From Clytia hemisphaerica (lineage: Eukaryota), in contig NW_027104472.1 in NCBI RefSeq assembly GCF_902728285.1, forward strand, positions 1,127,681 to 1,191,680: a stretch of DNA of 64,000 nucleotides, read 5' to 3'. The position numbers and the translations under genes were made by a program. Shown piece after piece: positions 35,161 to 47,433 of the stretch (position 1 is its first letter; every line of letters starts with the position of its first letter). The notes beneath the pieces are model-generated. The model had not been told where the DNA came from. It did no database searches and saw only the letters and a program-made list of their open reading frames with translations.

Positions 35161-36757
35161 GGGCTTTTCCAGAAAAAAATGTTGTTGGGGATATTGATTT
35201 TTTGAAGTATCGAACCCCCTGGATATCCACTCTTGAAAATATGCTCAACCCCCTGAATATCCTCTCTTATAAGAGGCCCCCCCAGACCCCAAATTCACGC
35301 CATCACGCCAATTTTTTTTCGATTTCACGCCATCACGCCTGAAAAATTTGATTTTCACGATCACGCCAATTTTTTTCGATTTCACGCCATTACGCCTAGA
35401 AAATTTAGTTTTCACACTCATATTCTAGCTGGATTGATTCAGTTTTATTTTAGACCACGTTTAGACCCATTGGTATGGATAAAATGCCGCTATAAAAACT
35501 TAATTTTTGCCTATAAATAGGTATGTGTTTGATCGTCAATCAGTTTTTTGGCATTCTCATTCGCGTAAGTCAAGAATATGCATTTTTCTTATCGGAAACA
35601 CCCGAAAAATCTGAAAGGAATTTGACCTGTTTTCCATTTTTAGTAATACACAGGGGTCAAATTCAAGTTTTTTCGGGTGTTTCTGATAGGAAGAATGACG
35701 TAATCTTGACTTATGCATATCAAAAATTGTGAGGGGCCATGCCCCCTCTGCCCCCCCCCCCCCCCCCCTGTTGACGGGACCCATGGGCATTAATTGTGAA
35801 TTAGCGTGAATAGTTTTCAAATGGGGAACGAGGAGGCGCAACCATGGTTTGCGCCGACGGAAGAAAATTTCTATTTAGTATGGCTACAATTGCCCTCGTT
35901 TGCTCTCTTTTTTCCAAAATATGGTTTAAACATCACAGGATTCCTTTGATCAATGCCAATCTGCTCAAAATTACACCTCATAATAAACCTGTTGCTTCTT
36001 TCTGTTTAAGCCTTTGCTATAAATATATATTTTCCTGAAATAAAGGACCTAATGTCTTTGATGCTTAAGAATAGGCATCTAAGAAAGAGAGGAAAATGTT
36101 AGTTACGGAGGAAACGCAACCATGGTTTGCGCCGACGGGAAAATTTTTAAATTTTGAGCCTCTCATAGCATTCGACTTTATTTTGAAGACTAGCTAGCAA
36201 CTGCTAAAGACAATTGGATGTTACAAGGATAAATGGCAGATGTGTTAAAACTGTTTGCACCGCTTCTTTTATGTTTTAAAATGAGAGCTATAGGAGGCCC
36301 CACTATAGTTGGGGCCGACCAAGAAAATTTTGAAATTTAAACCCTCTAAATTGGCTAAAATGGACATAGAATTACGATTCAAATAATAAATATAACTTTC
36401 ACGATCACGCTGAACTGCAAATTTCACGCCATCACGCCTAAAAAACCTCGATTTCACGGCACTTCATTTTCACGCCATCACGCCGTTTTTTTCAAAATTT
36501 CACGCCATCACGCCATGAAAAACCCTCCATCACGCCATCACGCCAACCGCTGGGGGGGGCCTCTTATAAAGATGCTTACCCCTAGATATCGTATTTTTAC
36601 TTGAATAGACATTTTACCCCCTGGATATATCAGCTCCCTTGGAAATATTTAACCCCTCGGATATCCACTTTTGAGAGCAAAAATTGTTAACCCCCTGGAT
36701 ATCCGATATCCTCAAAACGGGGCACGGACTATTTCTGGAAAAGCCTAAAGTATTTTT
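35161..36757. mobile_element. About 1.6-kb TIR element (family I termini ggcttttccagaaa) with cacgccatcacgcc tandem subrepeats in both arms and internal palindromes
   Basis: Left end ggcttttccagaaaaaaatgttgttgggg (35161 onward) and right end ...ggactatttctggaaaagcc (36737-36757). Arrays of tttcacgccatcacgcc at 35290-35420 and 36380-36540. Internal near-palindromes gcgcaaccatggtttgcgcc at 35837-35856 and 36117-36136. Poly-C and poly-G tracts at 35745-35765 and 36553-36562. Confidence 0.55.
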
Positions 36758-37327
36758 GTGGATTATATTTTGTTGGAGTTTGGTAAGTTTGGACCCACCA
36801 ATGAGACTAGGGCCACCTACACGCTTATTTCATAAGAATGTACACATTACAAGAATGTCCATGATGAAAATAGCCAAAAAATTAAGAATATGCTAAGAAT
36901 ATCACTATCATGGAATTTTGCTACTCAAACTAAGAATACCATTTTATGCTTGAGACTTGTGTACTAAATGTTAAATCTAGTCTGAGTTAGGATCCTAACA
37001 TCAGATCCTAACAGAATGTTGTAAGAATATTTTAGGATGATTTTCACCAAAAAAGTTAAGAATGTCCATGATGAAATGGATTTATGCCATTCTTATAAAG
37101 AAAAAGCGTGTGTGTTCTAAATCGAACAAATATCGCAATTGCAGATTAGGATGATCCGTAAATATTTTTCAATCATTAGCTTAGTTGTTCTAAAGGATGA
37201 GCGAGGCAAGCTCATATAATTAGTCATCTCATTTTATATAAAAAAAAAACAAAACGCTCGTTAATGTTTTGATTAGGTTGGTGAAATTAAAAGGCTGTAA
37301 TGAGCATCAATAGATGTTTTAATCGAA

Positions 37328-40300
37328 TGTACCTGTTGTGCGCAGATATGTAATTTTTGCGCAGGTATGTAATTTCTGCGCAGATATGTAATTATTTTGC
37401 GCAGATATGTAATTTTTGCGCAAATATGTAATTATTTTGCGCAACTATGTAATTTCGAGCTGCGCAGATATGTAATTAAATTTTTGCGCAGATATGTAAA
37501 ACACGATCTTTAAAATCAATGGTACCCCCTTGATAGCTTTTACCATTACTTTTACCTTTTTTTCGACTTAAGGTATTTTAGCTAATTCCTATCAAATACA
37601 AGAAGTAATATCTTATAACAACAATTTTTAGCTTTCGGTGATTGGTTCTTTCAAAGCAAAAATGGAATAGCGCCTTAAATGAAAGTAATTATTTTTCTTA
37701 TAAGAATCATCGTTATAAGAAAATTCTCTATAACTTTTCAACCACTAAGTTTTAGCTTTCGGTGATTGGTTCTTTCAAAGGAAACATGGAATAGCGCCTA
37801 AAATTAAACTAACTATTTTTCTTATAAGCATCATCTTTATAAGAAAATTCTCTATAACTTTTCAACCACTAAGTTTTAGCTTTTGGTGATTGGTTCTTTC
37901 AAAGGAAACATGGAATAGCGCCTAAAATTAAAGTAATTATTTTTCTTATAAGCATCATCTTTATAAGAAAATTCTCTATAACTTTTCAACCACTAAGTTT
38001 TAGCTTTCGGTAATTGGTTCTTTCAAAGGAAACATGTAATAGCGCCTAAAATGAAAGTAATTATTTTTCTTATAAGCATCATCTTTATAAGAAAATGATC
38101 TATAACTTTTCAACCACTAAGTTTTAGCTTTCGGTAATTGGTTCTTTCAAAGGAAACATGGAATAGCGCCTAAAATGAAAGTAATTATTTTTCTTATATA
38201 AGAATCATCTTTATAAGAAAATTCTCTATAAATTTTCAACCACTAAGTTTTAGCTTTCGGTAATTGGTTCTTTCAAAGGAAACATGGAATAGCGCCTAAA
38301 ATGAAAGTAATTATTTTTCTTATAAGCATCATCTTTATAAGAAAAATTATTTATAACTTTTCAACGACTAAGTTTTAGCTTTCGTTGAATGGTTCTTTCA
38401 AAGCAAAAATGGAATAGCGCCTTAAATGGATGTGACTATTTTTGTTATAAGCATCAGCTTTATAAGAATTAAATCAACAACTCTAGATAGACGGTCATAT
38501 ACCTTTCGGTAATTAGTTCTTACAAAGTAAGTAAGGGACGGCGCATAATATGATCATATTTATTTGTCTTATAAGGAACTACTTTATAAGAATCAAATCA
38601 ATAACTCTTGATAGACGGTGATATACCCTTCGGTCATTAGTTTTTACCTTCTGATAAGCATATACTTTATAAAGAATCAAATCAATAACTCTTAATAGAC
38701 GGTGATATACCCTTCGTTTATTAGTTCTTACAAAGTAAACAAGGGACAGCGCACAATATGAGCATATTCATTTTTCCTATAAGCAACTACTTTATGAGAA
38801 TCAAATAACTCTTGATAGAATAGTATTTACCTTTCGGTAATTACCGTACACGCTCCTTCTCTGAGAAAAAAGACTCCCTCAATGGGAGGTTTTAAAATTT
38901 TTAATTAACACCTTTTTCTTTAACACCCTTCCTGAAAGTCTTAAAATTAAAAAGACGCCCAGCGCGTTTATTCGAAGAAATACGATAGTTTTTACAACCT
39001 AATAGAAAAGTACAAATGAGATTTTTGATAGAACCTCGACTCGAGATAGTCACACCTATGTAAACTTTATTGATTTTGTAGATATGAATTGCATTTCTTT
39101 ACGTTACAGTGAGATAAAGTAAATTCTATTGGTTGTCTTTACCAATACATGGACTAATTTATGATAAAAAAACTCCCTTTTCCTTTTCATGGCTCGATCT
39201 ACGAGCAAAGTCATTAAATTTGATTGAATTGTCCAATGAAATAGAGTGGGATTATCGAAGTTGTGATTCTCGCTCGAACTTCAAATTCTGAAGAATGTTA
39301 CACAATTCAGGAATATTTTGACACTGATTGTTAAAGATATTTAAAAAAATTACATGTCTTTCTTATTTTCCCCTTACAAATTAAACTAAGGCAAAATATT
39401 TGACTTTAAGCCATCTAAAAGGAGACAAATTTAATTTTTTTGAAGTGGAATTGGCATTCACAATGACACAATGGCTCTATCGAAAGAAATAGGGAATTTT
39501 GCTAAATCTAACATTAGTTTATTAGAATTTTATAAGAACAAGGTTTTTTTCTAAGTGGAATAGGCTTTCAGAGATTTGATTTAGCAAACAAAAGCCAACA
39601 AATCTTGTTTGGGAGTTATGAATTGTGTTCTTATAAAGTTGATGCTCATGAGAAAAACAAAATTTTCTAGCTTAAGCACTATCCTATGTTTGCTTTGAAA
39701 GAACCGATCACCGAAAGCCAATATCTATTGGTTTGAGAGTTTTGATTTGTGTTCTTATAAAGTTGATGCTTATAAGAAAAATTTTTTTTCTAGCTTCAGC
39801 ACTATCCTATGTTTGCTTTGAAAGAACCGATCACCGAAAGCCAATATCTATTGGTTTAAGAGTTATGAATTGTGTTCTTATAAAGTTGATGCTTATAAAA
39901 AATAAATTTTTCTACCTTAAGCACAATCCTATATATGCTTTGAAAAAACCAAACGCCGAAAGCTAATAATCATTGGTTTAGGAGTTATGAATTGTGTTCT
40001 TATAAAGTTGATGCTTATAAGAAAAAAAAATTTCTAGCTTTAGCACTATCCTATGTTTGCTTTGAAAGAACCGATCACCCAAAGCCAATATCTATTGGTT
40101 TGAGAGTTATGAATTGTGTTCTTATAAAGTTGATGCTTATAAAAAAATAAATTTTTCTAGCTTAAGCACAATCCTATATATGCTTTGAAAAAACCAAACG
40201 CCAAAAGCTAATAATCATTGGTTTAGGAGTTGTGAATTGTGTTCTTATAAAGTTGATGCTTATAAGAAAAACAAAATTTTCTAGCTCAAACATTATCCTA

Positions 40301-40906
40301 TGTTTGCTTTGAAAATACCGATCACCGAAAGCTAATATCTATTGGTTTGGGAGTTATGAATTGTGTTCTTATAAAGTTAATGCTTATAAGAAAAATAAAT
40401 TTTTCTAGCTTAAGTACAATCCTCTATTTGCTTTGAAAAAACCTAACACCGAAAGCTAATAATCATTGGTTTAAGAGTTATGAATTGTGTTCTTATAAAG
40501 TTGATGCTTACAAGAAAAACAAAATTTTCCTCATTAGCACAGTCCCCTAGTTGCTTTGATAGAACCAAACGCCGAAAGCCAATATCACTTTGATAAAAAG
40601 ATATTGACTTGTTTCTTATAAAGATGATGCTTATAATAAAAACAACAATCGCCAAATGTTTGCCTTAGGTCCAAGAAAAATGTTCAAGATATTACTTAAT
40701 TAATGTTAAAATTTAGTTAGTTTTTCAAAAAATAACCAAGTCAAAAAGGTCGTGTTTTACATATCTGCGCAGAAATTTAATTACATATCTGCGCAGCTCA
40801 AAATTACACAGTTGCGCAAAATAATTACATATTTGCGCAGAGATTACATATCTGCGCAGAAATTACATATATGCGCAAAAATTACATATCTGCGCATAAC
40901 AGTACC
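37328..40906. mobile_element. Foldback-like transposon, about 3.6 kb. Long inverted arms are built of tandem subrepeats.
   Basis: Outer inverted repeats of the motif tgcgcagatatgtaatt, 9 times at 37338-37500, versus aattacatatctgcgca, 7 times at 40760-40900. Inner arms are tandem arrays of about 124-bp units (37570-38860, contains gctttcggtgattggttctttcaaag). They are inverted in the right arm (39590-40660, contains ctttgaaagaaccgatcaccgaaagc). The central unique region 38860-39590 has no long ORF. Confidence 0.75.
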
Positions 40907-41240
40907 TCTTATTCTAACCTTTCTTTCCCATTAATTCACACACCTTATCTTGCAATAGCTATTCAAAAGAATTATAGCATTAAATAAAGCGTATCATGAA
41001 TATTAAAAGAAATATCTTAACTAAGTTTCGATGAGAATTTATCGATATAATAGTTATAGATCAGAAAGTACTTTCATTTGAAAGATCCGAGAAAGAAAGA
41101 TGGTAAGGTATTATGAGAAATCATTGTGTTAGAAAAAAATTGCGATTTTAAAAATCAGTGAGTTCAAGTTTTTTTAGAAATTTATACGGTTTGATACAGT
41201 GAATTATGTACTTTTTAAAAACATTGCGTCATGAGTACAT

Positions 41241-42908
41241 GTGACGATGGCTGCTAATAACGAACCGTTTCATCTATACCATTTACAGCTATTTGCTGTA
41301 AGTTCTATTGGACAACTTGCTTTACAGAAACTTATTGAGCGTTTTGCGAAGGAAGAAAAAGAAGGTGTTGCTGATGCTAAGGAAGCACTAAGTCAAATTT
41401 TTAATGACAATGCGGAGGAAGTGAAAAAGATTACCAATATATTTGTCAACCCTATTGTCACAAATGCAGTTTACGAAAACACTGTTAACCATGTTCTTAA
41501 AGAAGAGATTGAAATTGAAAAGTTAGACACCAACACATGTGCTGATGTCCTACGCAGAATCAAAGCGTTCCAAACTTCTAAAGATCATGCAGGTTCAAAA
41601 AATTGGCGTTGCAAAGGGCAAAACCATTTGAGTAAATGTTGCCCAGATTGTAAACATCTATGTCCTCAGCCTGACTGTCGGAAGGTAAAATGTAAAAAGA
41701 AGTGCTGTGTAACAAACAAAGAACACTGCTCTCATCCATGTATTCATTGTTGTTTACCTAACGACGACTGTAAGGATAACAAATACCTATGCTGTAAAGA
41801 TTGTTCATGCCTTGGCTGCGTACTGAAAGCCCTGGGTCTCAAAACTTGGCATCAACTTTACAAGGCTTTGGTTGACGAAAGCTTAACGACACACAACGTT
41901 TGTCCGATATTGCTACTACGGCTATCAATTTCAATTATTTCAACCTTCCGTAACATAACCATGCACTTGACAATACCTACATGTCGGAGTATGGACAATG
42001 GAACCTTTTTTGACCCAAATGCCCCTGCATATTGTACTTCATGGAAATACATCAAAGATACTCTTTGGTTTGCTGTTAAGACCTTGTTGGAGTATTTGAA
42101 AAACTGTCAACATATCACTGGATTTGATTATAAAGAACATTCTGAACTATTGGCTTTAATTTGTGGGGCTTCAAACAAACAGGATGTTTCAGTGTACAGT
42201 GCAAGGATTCAAAAGTTTGCAGAGCTTGAGAAATATTCTAAAATGGCCGATCTATTGATAACGTTAAAGATTGATTTAGATGTCGTCCATAAAAAGGTGG
42301 ACAAGGTAGATCAAACCACAAGGAATACCGAGAGAATTATCAAACAAAAGTCCCTAAAGATTGAAGCTCAAGCCGAGTTAGGGAAAAAGATGGACCGACC
42401 CTGTGATATGGATTCGCCGGAATTCGAAGAATTGAGAACAGCATTTGGAATCTCTGTAAACAAGTATTTTGGAGATGATGCCGAGGCAGTTATTACTCGC
42501 TTCAAATCGTTTCCATCTAACCATTTACCAGCAGACACGATTGAAATAAGATTCAAGATAACGTCAGATGAGACTTCCCTAAGAAATTATCGAGAATATA
42601 GAAAGGGACAGTCCCCGTCGTCCCCTCTTTGGAATGAAATAAAAGGAATCTTGCAACATACATTTCCTGGTGCTGAAATTTATGGTCCTGTTGATTGGGA
42701 CAGTGGCTCTATCATAATTCAAGTTTTGCTTTCGAAGGAAAAGAAAACTGACTGGACCACAAAGGAACTTGCGAATGTTGATTCTGTATTGGTGAAACTG
42801 GAAAAAAATGTTGAAGATTACTTACCTCAAGTGAAATGTGCTTGTAAACGAGTGGAACAGCCGAAGATATCAGCTACCCAGTTTCTGGAGATGAAAAACA
42901 GACAATAG
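41241..42908 (+). CDS. Intronless 555-aa ORF, Cys-rich central region, no recognised family
   Basis: ATG at 41241, TAG at 42906-42908. 1.67 kb free of stops in roughly 33% GC DNA. Central cluster CKGQNHLSKCCPDCKHLCPQPDCRKVKCKKKCCVTNKEHCSHPCIHCCLPNDDCKDNKYLCCKDCSCLGC. AT-rich TATA-like sequences lie upstream. Confidence 0.5.
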   Translation: MTMAANNEPFHLYHLQLFAVSSIGQLALQKLIERFAKEEKEGVADAKEALSQIFNDNAEEVKKITNIFVNPIVTNAVYENTVNHVLKEEIEIEKLDTNTCADVLRRIKAFQTSKDHAGSKNWRCKGQNHLSKCCPDCKHLCPQPDCRKVKCKKKCCVTNKEHCSHPCIHCCLPNDDCKDNKYLCCKDCSCLGCVLKALGLKTWHQLYKALVDESLTTHNVCPILLLRLSISIISTFRNITMHLTIPTCRSMDNGTFFDPNAPAYCTSWKYIKDTLWFAVKTLLEYLKNCQHITGFDYKEHSELLALICGASNKQDVSVYSARIQKFAELEKYSKMADLLITLKIDLDVVHKKVDKVDQTTRNTERIIKQKSLKIEAQAELGKKMDRPCDMDSPEFEELRTAFGISVNKYFGDDAEAVITRFKSFPSNHLPADTIEIRFKITSDETSLRNYREYRKGQSPSSPLWNEIKGILQHTFPGAEIYGPVDWDSGSIIIQVLLSKEKKTDWTTKELANVDSVLVKLEKNVEDYLPQVKCACKRVEQPKISATQFLEMKNRQ

Positions 42909-44291
42909 TTCAGGTTGGCATTGGTATTTACACCAAATCGACGAAAAGATTCGATGATGAATGGATGATGGCTTCTACAAATGAAATCCTGAAGGAGAAA
43001 AACATTAAAATCATAAGTAAGTCATTAGTTTATTTTGGATTAATACTGTATTTCCCGAAAGGGTGGGGAAGGGATATAGAATAGTCTGAGTAGAAAATTT
43101 GCGATGTAAATATTTTGGGCAAAATTTAACTTAAATTTAAACATGGACTGAACAATGGGCTCTTCCAGAAAGAATCCGTTCATGGGGGCGTAGCTTCACC
43201 CTCAAAATATCCTTTGTTTTTATACAGGCCTAAGCTGTCTCGATGAAAAGAAGAACAATGAAAAAACAAGATTGACCGAAAAAGGTGAAATTTTTGGGGA
43301 TGAATGGTTTCATGGACAAAAGACCGAAACCATGCAAAAAGATGTAAGAATAATTTAATTTAGTTTAAGATGTAAGAATAATTTAAGAATTATATGAACC
43401 AGGGCAACGATATGAATTTGATGTAAAAACAAGTGTACTTTGTGCGGTAATTTGCCCCCGCAGTAACTTGCCTCTTCGTCCTGAATTTCACTCCCTATAT
43501 TAATTTTGACCGACATTGAGATTCAGTATTTACAATACACCAAAGAAAAATGCTAACAAATCCCGGTTCTTTAAAAAAAAGTAAGATTTTTGTGAGTTTA
43601 CGGATAATTTTCTATTGATCTTTTTTTTATATATCGGACGGAGGATCGAGACAAAAATACCATTAGTGCTAAAAGATATTTTTCTATTGCATAGAAAGCC
43701 TGTCTTCTTGAATTTTGACCTACACAAAAGTATCAAAATTTATTAAAAAAGGGTGAGCAAAATTGAATGTAGAATTCACACTATCATAAAAAGGTAATTT
43801 AATTAAAATGAGATTTTCAAGTATTGTTTTAGTGGAAATGTTATTTTTATGGTTTCCGTAGACCTAAATAATCCAAAATTAAACTTCAATAATTAGAATC
43901 TCAATAACTCGACCAGCCAGAGGGAAAGGAAACCGTTCGATTTATGGAGACATTCGAGTAGTAGAGGTTTTCAATTTTTCTCTAAATTTCACCCTTATTC
44001 GGCTACCAGATAAGCAAAAACAGATTCTGGGTTGGTGAAATACAAAAAGTGGTGCTTTTTTGTTACACTTTTCTCAATTTTTGAAAAGTTATGATTGTGA
44101 TTATTTACAAGAATCATAATAGCCTCGAACCTTAAAGGGGAAAAATAATCTGTTTGACTTAAAGGAACATTCGAGTTATAGAGGTTCGAGTGGAAGAGGT
44201 TTTTATAAGAGTTTACATAAGGGAATTTCGAGTTCGAGTTAAGGATACGTTCGAGTAAAAGTTATTCAAGTTATGGAGATTCTACTGGAAT

Positions 44292-44535
44292 ACCCCTGTC
44301 TCACAGCCCCAGTGGAACATTTTTCTTCAGTGGGGATAAAAATCCCTATCGAAATCCCAATGGGAATAGAAATTTTATTGTTCCAAGGTTAAAAAATCAA
44401 GTGGGATGGTTTTGGAGTGCAATTTTAAGACATTGATCTTCGAGTGGGATGAAATCAAAGTCAATTTACCAGTGGGGCTGCAATTCAAGGGTGTTTTCCC
44501 ACCGGGGACCAAATTTTTGCCAAATTTTTCATTGA
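44292..44535. mobile_element. MITE family D, truncated copy
   Basis: acccctgtctcacagccccagtggaacatttttcttcagtggggataaaaatccc... Confidence 0.55.
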
Positions 44536-45039
44536 AGGGTTCTTTCTTAGGTTCTTTTTTTTTTTTGCTTTCTGAACAAAGTTTCAACTTTAGATACGTT
44601 AAATCATTTTACAGCTTACCAATTGCAAAATTTAATCATTTTAGGGCTGTTCAACCGCTTAAGTGGTACCCGGGGGACACTCGATTCAAAAACGACCGTA
44701 CGCACGCCCCCCCCCCTCGGAGTGGTAATTAACAGAGAGGGGAAATTTAGCTTAAAAGTTAAAGTGGGATGCTAAATGACTACCTGAAAAGTGGGATGGG
44801 GGAACCCGGGAACCTAAAGTGGGAACCTAAATGAACACCTGAAAAGTGGGATGGGGGAACCTGGGAACCTAAAGTGGGAACCTAAATGAACACCTGAAAA
44901 GTGGGATGGGGGAACCTGGGAACCTAAAGTGGGAACCTAAATTTTTATTTTTATTTATTTTTATTTTTTTTTTATTTTTTTTTTTTATAGCAATATATTT
45001 CGCAGGTCTATTGACCTCTATGAAACAGAACTTTTGATT

Positions 45040-45297
45040 TTACATTTTATAAAGTTTTTTCTCCCTTTCTTTTATCAAACGCTCTTTGAAGACTTGTAAG
45101 GATGGTGCTTCAACAATTTCTTCTTCTAGATCATTCCAAGGTTTCACACTTCTGTAAAAAAGAGAGTTGCTTTGGTAGCCTCTCATACCGTCATTAGCAA
45201 AGTTCCTTTGAACAGGGTTCCCAGCACTTAAGAGAAATGTTTTTTCCTGACTTTTTCCAAAAAAAAGACCTTTTTCCATGACTTTTAGATTGACCAA
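45040..45297 (-). pseudogene. Second LINE RT tail fragment (extreme C-terminus)
   Basis: Translation RNFANDGMRGYQSNSLFYRSVKPWNDLEEEIVEAPSLQVFKERLIKE. This matches the terminal CR1-like motif FF..RV...WN.LP..VV.A.S...FK..LD. Confidence 0.6.
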
Positions 45298-46345
45298 GGT
45301 GCCTTTTTCCCTGACCAGAGCAGAATATTGGGCCTTTTTCCCTGACCGTTCGCCCCAACAGTATTTTGAAAAACACCATATTGAGATAAAAAAAACAAAA
45401 ACTTAACACAATTTCAATACATATATTTTTTAAAAAGCGAGTCTACTAAAACCCCACTAAAACCAGGATACAAAAGGGGTACCGTCGTATGAACGTGCTA
45501 TCATTTGAATGAAAACTTTTCTCTTTCTAAAAAGATTTTCTTCAATATGCATCATTGCTGATAATCCTTTCTTCATTCCAAGATAATAAACATTACTTTT
45601 GTCAATTTACATTCATTTTAAGAAAATAGCTCCTAATTCAGTCACTCATTTTATTCACAACTCATTATAAATATTATTAGACACGTGCAATTTATATCAT
45701 CACGTAGCAAATTTCAAAACTAGGATGAATGGGAAAACATTTTAGGTTTGCTAGATTCAAAAACTTTATCTTATAGGCTCTACCTATACACAGGCCGAAA
45801 AAACTATATCCTGCAATATCAAAACTAAAACCATATCATACAGCTATATGAGCTAAAAATATAATCCAACAGTTGAATTTCTAACTTAAAAAGTGAATAA
45901 TAACATTTAAGTTCGCTCAAAAAATATTCTGAGATCTACTTAAGTTTTTGGCGTTTTGCTTTTATTTGTGTATGTAAGTCATCAAGGTCCTCATTGAGTT
46001 CATTCTGCCTTCTTTTTAAAGTATTAGCCTTAGTAATCAAAGAGACCATTTCGTTTGGGCGTTTTTCTGCCTCACTGACTAGATTGACGAAATCACTGTC
46101 GAGTGACTGGCAAGTCTTTTTGATTTTAGATTCCTTTGCAACAAGCTCATCAATCGCTCTTTGAAGAAGTTCTCTTTTTTCTTTCAAGGCATCCTTTGCT
46201 TCAATGTCAGCCTTTTCCTGTAAACTTTCTTTGTAACGTGTATGGGCTGATTTGCAAGACAACACTAGTTTAGATGGTGGAGAAAAGTCTTTTTCTTATT
46301 ACTCATTTTTCCGAGGGGTAAATCACTAAAAATTAGGTGTACGAG

Positions 46346-46518
46346 ATTTTGATTTCTTTTTGATTTTTGATTTCTTTTTGATTTCTTTTTGATTTTTGAT
46401 TTTTTTTTTGATTTTTTTTGATTTTTGATTTTTTTTTTGATTTCTTTTGGATTTCTTTTGGATTTCTTTTGGATTTCTGATTTCTTTTTGATTTCTTTTT
46501 GATTTCTTTTTGATTTTT
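46346..46518. repeat. Minisatellite gatttc(t)ttt(t)t(g) inside a small hairpin-ended unit (46306-46560)
   Basis: More than 20 units of gatttctttttgatttttgattt. Flanks gaggggtaaatcactaaaaattaggtgtacg and cgtacacctttttgaaaaatc...cagtgatttacccctcg are inverted. Confidence 0.7.
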
Positions 46519-46836
46519 CAAAAAGGTGTACGTGATTTTTTTCAGTGATTTACCCCTCGCATTTTTCTACCACTAAAACGAAATAAAAGAAAGAAGAATG
46601 AAGAGATAAGTAAAACAAAACTGTCAGAACTGTGGACTAAATAAATATCACAGAGCTCATACGATACACCAATACTTACTGGCTGATAAAATACCTGCAA
46701 AAATGAAAGATGAAAAGGATAATATCATTTCAATTATCATTTGTAATTTGCAGTTGACTGATTTTGGAATTCCCTGACTTTCCCTGATTATTCCAAAAAA
46801 AGTTCCCTGACTTTTCCCTGACTTTCACTACTTTTT

Positions 46837-47433
46837 CTAAATTTTCCCTGACTTTTCCAGGTCTTCCCTGACTTTTTCCGAAAAAGCTACTTTTTCCAGG
46901 TTTTCCAGGTTTTCCCTGACCGCTGGGAACCCTGTTTGAAGCTCGTAATCATGCTGACGTCGTGGTCGTGTTCGAGGAGTAAATTTCTCTGATCTTATAG
47001 ACTCGTCATAAATGTGGAGGTTCTTGAAAACTTCCACCATATCACCAACTTGCCGTCTGGTCTTTAGGCTAGGTAGATTGATGAGTCGTAGCCGATCTTC
47101 GTATGAGTAGTTTTTATAGCAACTAACTAGCCTTGTAGCTCTTCGTTGGACGCCCTCGATTGCATTGATATGTTTGATTAGCCTTGGAGACCATACTACA
47201 TGTGCATATTCCAAATGGGGTCTGACAAATGCAATGAAAAGCGTTCGAAACATATCTGGTGAGAGAAATTCGAAGCTCCTGCTAATCAAGCCAACGATAG
47301 AGTTAGCTTTCTTGATTTTACTGAATATATGGGCTTCAAAGGTCAGGTCACTATCAATTATCACTCCTAGATCTTTTTCTTGGTCAACATGTTCTAGAAC
47401 AGATCCTGCTATGGTATTTGTAGGGATGGACAT
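46837..47433 (-). pseudogene. Degenerate non-LTR (CR1/Jockey/L2-type) reverse-transcriptase C-terminal region
   Basis: Translation KDLGVIIDSDLTFEAHIFSKIKKANSIVGLISRSFEFLSPDMFRTLFIAFVRPHLEYAHVVWSPRLIKHINAIEGVQRRATRLVSCYKNYSYEDRLRLINLPSLKTRRQVGDMVEVFK. This matches the conserved LINE ORF2 tail pattern (..LGV.ID..L.W..HI..KAN..LG.L.R.......LYK..VRP.LEY...VW.P.....IE.VQRRATR......SYE.RL..L.L.SL..RR..GD.IEV.K). There is no upstream RT core. Confidence 0.7.

Noticed and set aside
37570-40660. Possible CRISPR-like array (regularly spaced 124-bp repeats)
   Set aside because: The units are contiguous tandem repeats with no unique spacers. The two arrays are inverted copies forming transposon arms, and the context is eukaryotic. 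No cas-like ORFs are present.
45936-46265. 109-aa coiled-coil ORF (minus) inside foldback element 2
   Set aside because: It has no start or splice context and lies between transposon fragments. It could be the remnant of a LINE ORF1-like coiled coil. It is not called as a host gene.
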